Positions 10,517 to 20,368 are shown, counted from the stretch's first letter. The stretch: DNA of 64,000 nt from Promethearchaeia archaeon (GCA_029856155.1 JAHQWL010000081.1:7812-71811), one strand, 5' to 3'. The notes: a model not told the origin generated them from the sequence alone. Program-made: numbers and translations.

Positions 10517-10891
10517 ATGAGTGTACCAATAAAGATTATTTTGTTCGGAATTGGCACTTTAGAAGGCAATATCATCCGTCATCTCTCTCCTCTTACCGCA
10601 GATGCTATAATTAATAAATTACCTTTCGCACTTAGAGGTAGATATAGTTTTGGTTCAAAAAATTATTGGACACTACCTGGTGTTGAAATTTACAAAGGAA
10701 CTAATCCGAAATCGATAATTAATGCAGAAAAAGGTGATATTCTTTACAACCCTAAAACCGATGAGTTTATAATAGCTATTGAAGAAATTGAAATGTCTAA
10801 TAAAGTAAATAAAATTGGAAAAATAAACACTAATCTTGACCTACTGTTACAAGCAAGGAATGGATTAAACACCAAAATTTTAAAGAAATAA
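10517..10891 (+). CDS. Cyclophilin-like fold protein (TM1367-like family)
   Basis: ..LSPLTADAIINKLPF..YWTLPGVEI..EKGDILYNPKTDEFIIAIEE matches, by eye, the pattern of the small cyclophilin-like family. Confidence 0.4.
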   Translation: MSVPIKIILFGIGTLEGNIIRHLSPLTADAIINKLPFALRGRYSFGSKNYWTLPGVEIYKGTNPKSIINAEKGDILYNPKTDEFIIAIEEIEMSNKVNKIGKINTNLDLLLQARNGLNTKILKK

Positions 10892-10898
10892 TAAGATT

Positions 10899-11732
10899 AT
10901 GGTAGTTTCAAAGAAGCTAACAATAGTTTTTATAATTTTCTATTTATCTGTAATTGTTTATATCTTTCTATTTTTATACCTACCTGATTTTCAGAACTTT
11001 ATTGTTAATTCAAGACAAAATTTAACAATAATCACACAAGGAGCAAATTATTTTTGGGCTCTTTTAATTTCTCTTGGAATATGTTTTTTAGGCTCAGCAT
11101 CAATAGGGTTTCCAGTTCCTTTTCCGTTTGTTTTATTTTCTCTTTCAGACTCAATCTATCGTAATTTTTCTAGTTTGGGTCTAGATATAACACAAATCTT
11201 GCTATCAGGACCTTTTTGGTTTCAAATTATTGGTCTTGCAGTATTTGGAGGTTTAGGCAGTGCTTTAGGAGAATTTACTGGTTATAGCGTTGGCTATGGG
11301 GCCAAAAAGTTAGTAAAAGAAAGAGATTCAGATCTGCTAGTTAATGTAAATGGATTTGGTAAATTAATCTTAGAAAATGAAAAACGTACTCCCTTCTATA
11401 TTTTTTTATTTGCTCTAACTCCACTCCCAGATGATATTTTGTTTTTACCTTTAGGAATGATTAAATATCCTTTTTGGAAATGTATTATTCCCGGTTGGTT
11501 AGGTAAAAATGTAACAACCTTATTTTATTGTTGCTGGCCTATTTTTGTAGCACTTGGTTTAGTAACCCAAGGAATCCAATCTAACGATATTTCAAGCGTA
11601 ATAACGGAAGCAATTTTATTATTAGTCACTATAACAGTAATGTTTTTTATTATGTCTTTTAATTGGACGAAATATCTCGAAAAACGAAGTCAGAAGAAGC
11701 TTAAAAAAAGCCATACACATATAATTGAATAA
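10899..11732 (+). CDS. DedA/VTT (SNARE-associated) family membrane protein
   Basis: Multi-TM protein. FALTPLPDDILFLPLGMIKYPFWKCIIPGWLGKN resembles the VTT-domain motif. Confidence 0.55.
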   Translation: MVVSKKLTIVFIIFYLSVIVYIFLFLYLPDFQNFIVNSRQNLTIITQGANYFWALLISLGICFLGSASIGFPVPFPFVLFSLSDSIYRNFSSLGLDITQILLSGPFWFQIIGLAVFGGLGSALGEFTGYSVGYGAKKLVKERDSDLLVNVNGFGKLILENEKRTPFYIFLFALTPLPDDILFLPLGMIKYPFWKCIIPGWLGKNVTTLFYCCWPIFVALGLVTQGIQSNDISSVITEAILLLVTITVMFFIMSFNWTKYLEKRSQKKLKKSHTHIIE

Positions 11733-11734
11733 TA

Positions 11735-11920
11735 TTATACGATATTATTATTTAAGCAATTCTTACAAACAAAAACAATTTTCCTTTTTTTCTCTGAGTT
11801 TTCATCGTAATAAATTCTTTTATAAATGAAATTCTTACAGATCTCACATATTGCCGGAGTTCGGGTTTCTTCAATTAATGGTCCTAAATGTTCAAAATTA
11901 GCTTTAACTCTTGAATTCAT
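11735..11920 (-). CDS. Small zinc-ribbon protein
   Basis: CEICKNF...CKNC gives two CxxC pairs in 61 aa. It sits 4 nt downstream of the Alba-like gene on the same strand. Confidence 0.4.
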   Translation of the reverse strand: MNSRVKANFEHLGPLIEETRTPAICEICKNFIYKRIYYDENSEKKRKIVFVCKNCLNNNIV

Positions 11921-11924
11921 CGAT

Positions 11925-12251
11925 TTAAATTGTTGATTTGGTTTGAAGAGTGATTTGAATATTAGAAATTATATCAGTCTTCTTTTTATTAACTTTAGTA
12001 TTTTTCCTGTAATAACCTCTTTGTCTATTATCAAAAAATGGTCGGCTTCCTAAAGCAACGTTTGCAATTTCAATTCTAGGGTACATGCGATTTTTTAGGA
12101 TTTCAGCTACTTCTACCGCAGTACTGATTTCTTCTCCTTCACCCTTAATTAATAGTGATTTTCTACCCCCAGAAAATGCAAAAATTGCGTCTTTAATTGA
12201 TTTATCTTTATCGTGTCTGTTTCTAATTATGATTGTAGTTTCATTAACCAT
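11925..12251 (-). CDS. albA: Alba-family DNA/RNA-binding protein
   Basis: TIIIRNRHDKDKSIKDAIFAFSGGRKSLLIKGEGEEISTAVEVAEILKNRM matches the Alba pattern (..ArG.aIskAVdvaEi..). A basic C-terminal tail follows. Confidence 0.65.
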   Translation of the reverse strand: MVNETTIIIRNRHDKDKSIKDAIFAFSGGRKSLLIKGEGEEISTAVEVAEILKNRMYPRIEIANVALGSRPFFDNRQRGYYRKNTKVNKKKTDIISNIQITLQTKSTI

Positions 12252-12414
12252 GAATGAATCCTCATTCGTATCAAAATTTTATACTTTCATTAAAAAGAAG
12301 CTTAGCTTAATTCTTAATAATTTATTGTGTATATAAAATTTTACTAAAGTTTCTAATTTGATTATATTTTTCTAAATTTTTAAAGTTTGATAAATACAAA
12401 TCAAAATATTTTTC

Positions 12415-13539
12415 TTAATTAATTAATATTAATTTTGATCTTCGATTTAACTCGTCTAAAATTTTAGAATATTCAGAACTTCTCTCTTCAAAATATTCAA
12501 CAATTTTTCTTTCATTAGTATCTAGATATGAATAAAATGGAAAAATAATTTCAATTCTTTTAGAAAAATCCTCCATCAATTTATCATACCATTCGTTTGG
12601 TTTTTTTAAAACATTTCTTACCTTTTTTGTCAATTTCTCTTTTCTATCTTCATAGTTTTCTTTCTCATTATTTCCAATTAGCTCATCCAATTCATCATAA
12701 GCACTAGCTACGATTCTTTCTATTCTTGCTCTAAATTTAGGAATTCTATATGACTTTTTAAAAAATTCAGTGTCCCATTCATATAAAAAGCGTTCGTCCT
12801 CTTCTGCAGTTTCTTCATCATCAGTTATAATTATATCGTCCTTAGGTACTAAAATTAAACCATAATTCCGCTGTAATTGAGCTAAAGCTTTTTTACGAAG
12901 CACTTCATCAATGTATTTAACTTCCTTTAGGACTTTATCTATATTTTTATTAACTTTTTTTATAACATTTTCTGCTTTTTGTACCATTATTTTTTCTTCA
13001 AACTCATAATTTAGCTCTATTAAGTTATAAGTGGAGGAAATTCCTAATTCTGGATCTTTAAGTCTTAATCCCGCTATACCTAAAAAGTGTGTATTAGATT
13101 TTTTTTCACAATGATCAAATATTAATCCCACCGCATATGGATTAGGGATCTGATATCCCAATTGTGTCATACAGTCGATTGGGCTATAAAAAAAACCGAA
13201 ACCTGGATGTGTGTGCCACCATCCTATAATAAAATCAGTCTTATCATCTTGAATAGATCTTTCGAATACAGAAGCATCAATTTGAGCCATATCTACATAT
13301 TGTTTGTTTTCATATTTTACTCCCGCTCGATCTCCGACTACCATTGGAATTGCATCTTTTACAATTACTTTATTGTTATTTTCAATAGATCCTATTAAAA
13401 TTCCATAAACTTCACGCCACTTTTCAGGTTTTATATCATTATTGGCGTACCTTATTGCGTACCCGACAATTCTTTTATATGCTTTTAGAGTTAATAGTAC
13501 TGGTGTTTTAAATGGATCAATTTTTTTGCTATTCTTCAT
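12415..13539 (-). CDS. JAMM/MPN+ metalloprotease, Rpn11/CSN5-like, with a ~200-aa helical C-terminal extension
   Basis: The upstream Glu is in REVYGILIG. GWWHTHPGFGFFYSPIDCMTQ carries the complete HxH..S..D JAMM motif and the HPGFG string typical of Rpn11/CSN5. Confidence 0.75.
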   Translation of the reverse strand: MKNSKKIDPFKTPVLLTLKAYKRIVGYAIRYANNDIKPEKWREVYGILIGSIENNNKVIVKDAIPMVVGDRAGVKYENKQYVDMAQIDASVFERSIQDDKTDFIIGWWHTHPGFGFFYSPIDCMTQLGYQIPNPYAVGLIFDHCEKKSNTHFLGIAGLRLKDPELGISSTYNLIELNYEFEEKIMVQKAENVIKKVNKNIDKVLKEVKYIDEVLRKKALAQLQRNYGLILVPKDDIIITDDEETAEEDERFLYEWDTEFFKKSYRIPKFRARIERIVASAYDELDELIGNNEKENYEDRKEKLTKKVRNVLKKPNEWYDKLMEDFSKRIEIIFPFYSYLDTNERKIVEYFEERSSEYSKILDELNRRSKLILIN

Positions 13540-13652
13540 AACTTCTGCAGTCTATGTTTTGCTATGTTATCCTTTAAAAATTTAATTTCTTACTCTATAT
13601 AGAATTTAAACAAAGTCTAAATATATAAATTATATTAGTAAAAAATAAAGAA

Positions 13653-14195
13653 ATGAAATTATTAACGATAGCAGGATTACCCGGTTCTGGTAAAACAACG
13701 GCAATAGACGCAATAAAAGACTTAGGTATTGTTGTAACGATGGGTGATATTATTCGAAATGAAGTTAAAAAAAGAAATTTAGAACCTACTGGAAATAATA
13801 TTGGAAAAATAGCGAAAGAACTACGTAATAAAGAAGGACCAGAAATAATAGCTAAAAAATGTACGGAATATATTATGAATATGGATGAAGATATTATTTT
13901 TGTAGATGGAGTGAGATCTCTTTCAGAAGTAAATGTCTTCAGAGAATTTTGGAAGTTTCCTATAATAGCTATTATTGTAGATGAGAATAAAAGGTTTAAA
14001 AGACTTTTCAAAAGAAGTCGGAGTGATGATCCCCTAAGTTTAAAAGATTTAAAAGAAAGAGATAAAAGAGAAATTCAATTTGGTCTTGATGCAGTAATAC
14101 AGAATGCAGATTATACGATCTTAAATAATTCTACAATAGAAGAACTAAAAAAGAAGACAAGAAAATTAGTTATGAGTATTCTTAATAATTACTAA
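13653..14195 (+). CDS. P-loop nucleotide kinase, UPF0200 / dephospho-CoA-kinase-like family
   Basis: GLPGSGKTT Walker A, DGVRSLSEV and RSRSDDP..ERDKREIQFGL follow the archaeal UPF0200 pattern. Confidence 0.65.
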   Translation: MKLLTIAGLPGSGKTTAIDAIKDLGIVVTMGDIIRNEVKKRNLEPTGNNIGKIAKELRNKEGPEIIAKKCTEYIMNMDEDIIFVDGVRSLSEVNVFREFWKFPIIAIIVDENKRFKRLFKRSRSDDPLSLKDLKERDKREIQFGLDAVIQNADYTILNNSTIEELKKKTRKLVMSILNNY

Positions 14196-14209
14196 TATTA
14201 TTATACTTC

Positions 14210-15112
14210 TTATTTTAAGTAATCTGCAATAATCTTTGCTAGTGAGACTCTACAAACTTCATTGTCAATTGAATCTGTACCAATTATTTCATCTGCTCCT
14301 GCCTTTATAATCCTATATTTAGCTTGCTGTAATAGCAGTGCATGTGTGGCTACTGCGAAAACTTTTCTAGCACCACTAGCCTTTGCTAATTTTATTGCAG
14401 TTGCCATCGTACCACCTGTAGCAATAATATCATCAGCAATAACCACATCTTTATCATTAAGATTCAAACTACCACTCATTTGTATTTCTCCCGTTTTGAC
14501 ATCTCGTTCTTTTTCAAATACTTCTACAGGAACATTCTTACCAAAATGATTCGCAAAAGCACTAGATCTTTCTATAGCTCCTTTATCAGGAGCGACTACA
14601 GTAATATTCTTCGCACCAAGTGATTTAATATAATCTGCCAATAATTTCATAGAATCAATATTAATAGCTTTACAGGAGCACTCATTTAATATTATTGGAG
14701 CATGGATATCAACAGCATAAAATGCATTGATCCCAAAATAATTGATTATGTTGAAAATAGCATTACCAAATTTGCTTTCTCCAGGTCTAAATATCTTATC
14801 TTGACGTGCATATGCTAAGTAAGGGGAGACAACAATTATGTTTGAAGCACCCATTCGTTTCACAGAATCAATCATCATAAAAAGTTCCATTAATCTAGCA
14901 TTTTGATCAGCACTAGCGCTAGGACCTGTTGATTGAACTATTATTACCTCTTTACCAGCAATTAAGGTTTCATCTTCAATATTAATTCTTATATAGGTTT
15001 CTCCATCTGGGAATTTTTTACATTCTGTATTTATTGATTCAATACCTAACTCTTGTGCTATTTTTACACCAAGAATTTGTGATGCTGGACCAACTATCAA
15101 AATTTTATCCAT
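14210..15112 (-). CDS. prs: Ribose-phosphate pyrophosphokinase
   Basis: YLAYARQDK, VVAPDKGA and DDIIATGGTMA are the PRPP-synthetase signatures. Confidence 0.9.
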   Translation of the reverse strand: MDKILIVGPASQILGVKIAQELGIESINTECKKFPDGETYIRINIEDETLIAGKEVIIVQSTGPSASADQNARLMELFMMIDSVKRMGASNIIVVSPYLAYARQDKIFRPGESKFGNAIFNIINYFGINAFYAVDIHAPIILNECSCKAINIDSMKLLADYIKSLGAKNITVVAPDKGAIERSSAFANHFGKNVPVEVFEKERDVKTGEIQMSGSLNLNDKDVVIADDIIATGGTMATAIKLAKASGARKVFAVATHALLLQQAKYRIIKAGADEIIGTDSIDNEVCRVSLAKIIADYLK

Positions 15113-15163
15113 AATTCTCTCCCATTATTATGATAATTGATATTTTATTTATAATTTCTTTCC

Positions 15164-15889
15164 TTATAATTTTTTCAAGAATTCCTTTACTTGATCAAAG
15201 AGTTCGTCTCGATGACCTTCAAATGAATGGTCCCCATTTTCGTATATTAATACGTTCTCGTCTTTTAAACCCAGTTGCTCTTTAATTTGAAGTATATTTT
15301 CAAAAGGAATTCTAAAATCATCCTTACAATGTGCTAAGAGAATTCTTTCATTATTTAATGGGTCTTTATTAATAAAATGTTTTGGACTTATTTTTTTTAC
15401 GAGATCATTTGGCATTTTTATTTGAACTGTTGTATAATCGTATCTAGTACATAACGCAATTAACATTTTTGCTCTCTGATCAATAAAGCCATGAGTCAAT
15501 ATTATTGCTCCACCATAACTCCTTCCAAATAACACAATTTTTCTATCTAAAAGTCTTTTTGATTGAGTTTCTATTATCCAACTAATTACATCGTGAATAT
15601 CTGAAAAAATTTTTGGAGTTGCTTTAATGAAGTCAAAATTACCCGTTTCTTTTTTGGTTTCGCCATGACCTCTATAATCATAAGAGATAACAAAATAGCC
15701 TGCCTTTGCAAATCTCTCGCAAAAATTTATTACAAATTTACTACCTCGATGCGCTAAAAATCCTGCTAAGATGATTATCCATGGAGCTTTTGAAGGCGTA
15801 TTTGAAGAATAGTAAATTGATCCCTTCAGTTGAATGTTATCTAACTTTAAAGGGATATCAATATTTTCAGTTTTTAAATCTATCATCAT
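15164..15889 (-). CDS. Alpha/beta hydrolase (dienelactone hydrolase / S9-like)
   Basis: Nucleophile elbow GRSYGG, YDYRGHGET, and a C-terminal GDHSF (His). Confidence 0.7.
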   Translation of the reverse strand: MMIDLKTENIDIPLKLDNIQLKGSIYYSSNTPSKAPWIIILAGFLAHRGSKFVINFCERFAKAGYFVISYDYRGHGETKKETGNFDFIKATPKIFSDIHDVISWIIETQSKRLLDRKIVLFGRSYGGAIILTHGFIDQRAKMLIALCTRYDYTTVQIKMPNDLVKKISPKHFINKDPLNNERILLAHCKDDFRIPFENILQIKEQLGLKDENVLIYENGDHSFEGHRDELFDQVKEFLKKL

Positions 15890-15898
15890 TAGCTGAAA

Positions 15899-16336
15899 TT
15901 ATTTTTCAATTTTATATTTTTTAATTGCATTTTTCAGAGTTTCAATTGCTAAATCAATACAATGTTTTTCACCAAGTGGTATTCCCCCTAATGCAGAAAT
16001 TCTATCTTCTGGTCTTAAATATTCAGCAAATTTAAACTATTTACCTTTAATTAATAATGTCATTTGACAGCCCGTTGCAACCATAACACCACATCCATCA
16101 GTTACGAATTGTGCTTTAGAGATAAAACTATTTTCAATTTTTAAATATAATCCTAAAAAATACTCCTTTGGTCCTCCTCTCAGTTCTTCAACTACTGTTG
16201 TTTCTTCTTCTGGAGGAATTCCCCAATTTTGAGGATTATAAAAAAAATTTACTATTCTTTCATTATGATCTTCTATTTCTCGCTTAATTATTTCTTTTTG
16301 TAGGCTTTTAGCAAAATTATCAAATTTTTTAGGCAT
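15899..16336 (-). pseudogene. IscU/NifU-N-like Fe-S scaffold gene with an in-frame TAG (16037-16039)
   Basis: ORF 16037-16336 ends ..FVTDGCGVMVATGCQMTLLIKGK*. The same frame continues FKFAEYLRPEDRISALGGIPLGEKHCIDLAIETLKNAIKKYKIEK* (TAA at 15899-15901). The conserved C-terminal helix with the HC motif therefore lies after the TAG. Confidence 0.6.
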
Positions 16337-16355
16337 TTTTTAATCAGTAGAGATG

Positions 16356-16619
16356 CTATTTATGGTTTAATACATGTTTTTCTAATCCTTCTAAATCAGA
16401 TGGCTTTCTTTGATATTTTCTTAAAATTTCAATTATTGATTTGTTTAACTCATGATGCTCAGCGAGGCAACCTGACTTTTCTAAAATATCCTCACCGCGT
16501 CTTATAGTTGTAGTGTTTTCTGTTATTTTAATTAACTCAGTTGCAATTATACCATTAATGTAAATTAAATCTGAAAGCATATTTTTAATATATAAAAGAA
16601 TTGAAGTTTGTTCAGACAT
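16356..16619 (-). CDS. Hypothetical small helical protein
   Basis: 87-aa ORF directly upstream of, and co-oriented with, the IscU-like gene. It ends in TAG. I recognise no motif. Confidence 0.35.
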   Translation of the reverse strand: MSEQTSILLYIKNMLSDLIYINGIIATELIKITENTTTIRRGEDILEKSGCLAEHHELNKSIIEILRKYQRKPSDLEGLEKHVLNHK

Positions 16620-16693
16620 ACTTTTAAAAAGATTACTTAGAATAAAAATAGCAAATATTTGCTTAAATCATTCTAAATGAAAATTAAATCTAA

Positions 16694-18379
16694 TTAAGTA
16701 AAAAATGCTATTAGAACATAGATAGAATAAAATAATGATCCTAGAATTATAAAAGCAATAATACTTATTCTTTTAACGAAAGTTTTAAGTAACTCATCTT
16801 TTAAAATTTCTTTTGGAAAATCCCTTATGTTATTGTAGTATTTATGAAATAAACTTTTACTTTTTAATCTTAAAGTAATTCGGATTCTGTAAGTAATGGA
16901 TGGCGTTTTAAATTCAATAACATCAATTGGAAGACAAACGTATAGTATTACAAAAATAAAAATGATACCCATATAAATAGTACTGATTATATTATCGCTA
17001 ATAACAGAAATTGAATTTACTATTACCCATCCTTCTATTTGTTGAATTGTTAACATAATAAGCATACCCCCTAAACCAAAAATATCAAAAAAATCTAATT
17101 TTCTAAACCACTTTTTTACTTTTACATATTCTATATTATGAGCAGTGATATAATGAAATTTAAAACTAAATTTTCTCTTAAATTTAAAAGTCTTACTTTC
17201 TTTGTTATAATAAAATGAGTCTCCTCCTTTGCTGCTAAAATCAAAGCAAAAAGATTTGACTAACAACATAAAACCGTACATTAATGCAATCCACCAATAT
17301 AAGGGTCCAAATAATATCATTTGGGTCAATATTATGATTGCTGATATTATTAAAAAAAATCCAAATATTAAATCAAATAATTGGAAGTGTGTATCATTCA
17401 CTATTGAAAAAGTCGTATTATTCTCACCATCTCTTTCCATATCACATCCTAAGAATTCAATAAGTTCTTCTGTTAATTCTGGCCGATTTTTTAATTTAAT
17501 AGGAGAAAACCACATCTCATATAAGTGAGTTTTTGTAGCAATTTCAAAATAGTTCTGCTGGAATAAAACAAGTAAGATTAAAGCAATGATTTCTAAGAGT
17601 GATATAATTAGAAAAACCCATGATAAGAGATAATCAGGACCCGCGCGATCAACAAAAAACAATGGAATCCCCGTCATAAGCTGATATACAATAAATGGTA
17701 AGATTAACATTATCCAACCTAATTTTGGACCAAGATGATTATTCTGATACCTTACTGCCTCAATATCCTTCTTTGGAACTTCTGTTAACCACGGACAAAA
17801 AGGCCGTAATTCGTAAAAAAAATAAAAATTTTTTGATCGTGAAAAATTCCCTCTAAAAGGACTTAAGATGAAATAGAATATTAAACCCAAACCAATTCCT
17901 AAAGCTGGAAGTCCTGTCACATAAAAAAAAGAAGGTCCGCCGAGTACAACAGCGCTCCCATATGTAACATGATGGCCTACGTCTGCTCCAAAAATTATGA
18001 GAGTTAGCACACCTATTGATATAAAAATAAAACCAGCGCTCAATCGAGTTATTGCTATAGAATTAAATTTTATATTGACCTCAACAGGTTCTCTCAATTC
18101 ACGTATTTTTTTTATTGTAAGTGAATTTTCTCTTAGATAATATGGTGCGATAAAAAACTTGGAAGTAATTATCATCCCGAGAATAATAATTAAAATATCG
18201 ATAATAAAAGATATATTGATATCATCAATGGATATTCCAAAATCTAATCCAATAAAAATTAATGAAAATCCTACGAAACTTGTAAAAATTCCAACAATTA
18301 AAAAAAAAAATCTAAATATTTTCTTAATTGGATGTGTTTCTTTTAGATTTTCTATTTCTTCTTCTGATAAAAAGCTCAT
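16694..18379 (-). CDS. Polytopic membrane protein, unknown function
   Basis: 561 aa with many long hydrophobic segments. I recognise no family. Confidence 0.55.
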   Translation of the reverse strand: MSFLSEEEIENLKETHPIKKIFRFFFLIVGIFTSFVGFSLIFIGLDFGISIDDINISFIIDILIIILGMIITSKFFIAPYYLRENSLTIKKIRELREPVEVNIKFNSIAITRLSAGFIFISIGVLTLIIFGADVGHHVTYGSAVVLGGPSFFYVTGLPALGIGLGLIFYFILSPFRGNFSRSKNFYFFYELRPFCPWLTEVPKKDIEAVRYQNNHLGPKLGWIMLILPFIVYQLMTGIPLFFVDRAGPDYLLSWVFLIISLLEIIALILLVLFQQNYFEIATKTHLYEMWFSPIKLKNRPELTEELIEFLGCDMERDGENNTTFSIVNDTHFQLFDLIFGFFLIISAIIILTQMILFGPLYWWIALMYGFMLLVKSFCFDFSSKGGDSFYYNKESKTFKFKRKFSFKFHYITAHNIEYVKVKKWFRKLDFFDIFGLGGMLIMLTIQQIEGWVIVNSISVISDNIISTIYMGIIFIFVILYVCLPIDVIEFKTPSITYRIRITLRLKSKSLFHKYYNNIRDFPKEILKDELLKTFVKRISIIAFIILGSLFYSIYVLIAFFT

Positions 18380-18523
18380 AGATCTCTCAATTCTTCAAGG
18401 TAAAATCAATTAATATATTGTTAATTTCTTTCTTTAATAAAATTTTAATTTTATAGATATGTAAAGACTGGTGGTAAAAACTTAGATTACAAAGATTTCC
18501 ATGATGGATTATTATCATTATCA

Positions 18524-18985
18524 TTGATAATTTTATTTTTTTCATTAACTCTGATGATTGGGTCAATCGTATTAAAACCATATATCAGTTTGGAGCCCCG
18601 AGAAAGAGATTTAATTATTATCCTATGTTCAATAAACATTTTATTTTCTTTATACTATTTATGGAATGTTTTAAGATTAGAAAAGATTTTCAAATTAGAA
18701 ATTAAGAACATAATAAAATTTGGAAAGAACATTGGAGTTGTTACCTTACTGTATATTCCTCATGCAGGTTTTTTTGCCTCTCTTTTTTTCAGAAATTTAC
18801 ACAACATAGAAATTATAATGGTCTCTCTCATCTTTCTAATGGAAACAATGTTAATTGGAGTAGTATTCAAAGAAGTTTATGATCTAGTATTTCTAGAAGA
18901 GTCTCAAAGAGATTATGAGATAGAAGCTAATCATAAAAAATACTTAGAAAGAAAAAATAGACCATTATCTAGGCATGAACAATAA
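18524..18985 (+). CDS. Small membrane protein
   Basis: 153 aa with about 4 hydrophobic helices and a charged C-terminal tail. Confidence 0.4.
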   Translation: MIILFFSLTLMIGSIVLKPYISLEPRERDLIIILCSINILFSLYYLWNVLRLEKIFKLEIKNIIKFGKNIGVVTLLYIPHAGFFASLFFRNLHNIEIIMVSLIFLMETMLIGVVFKEVYDLVFLEESQRDYEIEANHKKYLERKNRPLSRHEQ

Positions 18986-19011
18986 ATTGAATTAATTAAA
19001 TATCAGTTATT

Positions 19012-20241
19012 CTATTTTTTAGCTAATTTTTCTATAGCTGAATCGATCATTTTTAGTTTTGTAGAATATTTTTCCATAAGTTCAGCATATTTTTCAATTT
19101 CTATCTCATTATTCTCCTTTAGAAGTTTTAATTCATTTAATGTTCTTACAACCCCAGCCTTCTTATCGATTAGCTTTTCTTTTTTACTATAAGGAATTTT
19201 ATCTTCTAATTTCTTTCGTTGATAAGACTTAAATCGTTTAACATTTAAGTCTTTAGGTACAAATTGTGTTAAATAAATAATACTTTTTGGTACAAAGGGA
19301 GCTAGATTCTCTGGAATAATAATAATTGGTTCAGGGTCTTGTATTTTCTTTATTTCTTCATAATTGAGTTTTTCAACTTCGATTTCTTTTAAATTATCTT
19401 CTACAATAGATAAATTTAACTCAATGTTTTCTTTTTCCTCACTTGAAAGTGAGACATTGTTTAACATATCTTCCCAAATATCCTTTGCTTTTAAATAATA
19501 CCATCTCGCTTTTTGCTTTAATTTTAGAACTTTTTCTTGATTAATAGTTGTTATTGAGGATTCTAATGAAGCTCGTGCTTTAAGAGAGCATGCTTTTCCC
19601 ATATCATAATGAAATTGGGCTCTGATTTGTTGTTTCTTTTTCTCTTCATGCTTTTTAAGGTAAAATAATCTTTTTGATAATAAACTGAGACCTGCATATA
19701 ATTTGGATGAAAAGTAAATATTATTATTGTTTTCTTCCCTTAAAGCAGCAATACTCTGAGCAAGAATTCTTGATTCTTCAGAATTTAACTCGAGGTTTTC
19801 TGAAGTGATGATTACTCCCTTTTCTTTTTGATGTACAACAGCAGCACTAAAGTAAGCAGCAGTCTTATATATCTTGCTACATTCAGTCATTGCTATAACT
19901 GCATTCTCCCATTCTTCTTCCTCTTCATATCTTTCGGCTAATTGCGAATAAGCTTTACCCATAACCCATAATGCTCGTGCACATTCGAACATTATATCTT
20001 GAATTTCAATTTCTTTTTTAAGAATAACATCATTAAAGATTGGAGTGATATCTAAATCTTTTAATATCTCTTTGTGATTTTCATTTCCGTAATTTATATT
20101 TAAAATCTTAGTATATTCAAGAATAAGATTTAGATCATCTAAATTAAAATTTTCATCTTCTCTTTCTAAGGCATTCTCAATTTTTTTTATAGAGAAGTGT
20201 AGGTACCTAATCCTTCTCGTGGTTTCTTCGTCAAATAACAT
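19012..20241 (-). CDS. All-helical cytoplasmic protein, unknown function
   Basis: 409 aa with no TM segment. It has Ala/aromatic-rich helices (ECARALWVMGKAYSQLAERY, CSKIYKTAAYFSAAV) and a C-terminal coiled coil. TAG stop. Confidence 0.55.
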   Translation of the reverse strand: MLFDEETTRRIRYLHFSIKKIENALEREDENFNLDDLNLILEYTKILNINYGNENHKEILKDLDITPIFNDVILKKEIEIQDIMFECARALWVMGKAYSQLAERYEEEEEWENAVIAMTECSKIYKTAAYFSAAVVHQKEKGVIITSENLELNSEESRILAQSIAALREENNNNIYFSSKLYAGLSLLSKRLFYLKKHEEKKKQQIRAQFHYDMGKACSLKARASLESSITTINQEKVLKLKQKARWYYLKAKDIWEDMLNNVSLSSEEKENIELNLSIVEDNLKEIEVEKLNYEEIKKIQDPEPIIIIPENLAPFVPKSIIYLTQFVPKDLNVKRFKSYQRKKLEDKIPYSKKEKLIDKKAGVVRTLNELKLLKENNEIEIEKYAELMEKYSTKLKMIDSAIEKLAKK

Positions 20242-20368
20242 ATCAGAATCAGCAATTTTTAATAGATTTAAGTTAAATAAGATAATTTATTCATCATTTT
20301 AAAATTAATCTATAAAAACATTTTTATGCTCGATAATTCTATAAAAACCAGAATGTTTTGATTTTATT

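Noticed and set aside
13595-14011. Minus-strand 138-aa ORF
   Set aside because: It lies antisense to the UPF0200 P-loop kinase gene, which has a clear Walker A motif and family pattern. This is a shadow ORF.
16037-16039. Pyrrolysine or a genome-wide TAG reassignment as the explanation for the in-frame TAG
   Set aside because: TAG appears to terminate several neighbouring genes at plausible natural ends (16356, 19012, 21654). No pyl genes or methylamine methyltransferases are in the window, and IscU is not a known Pyl protein. This cannot be fully excluded without the whole genome.
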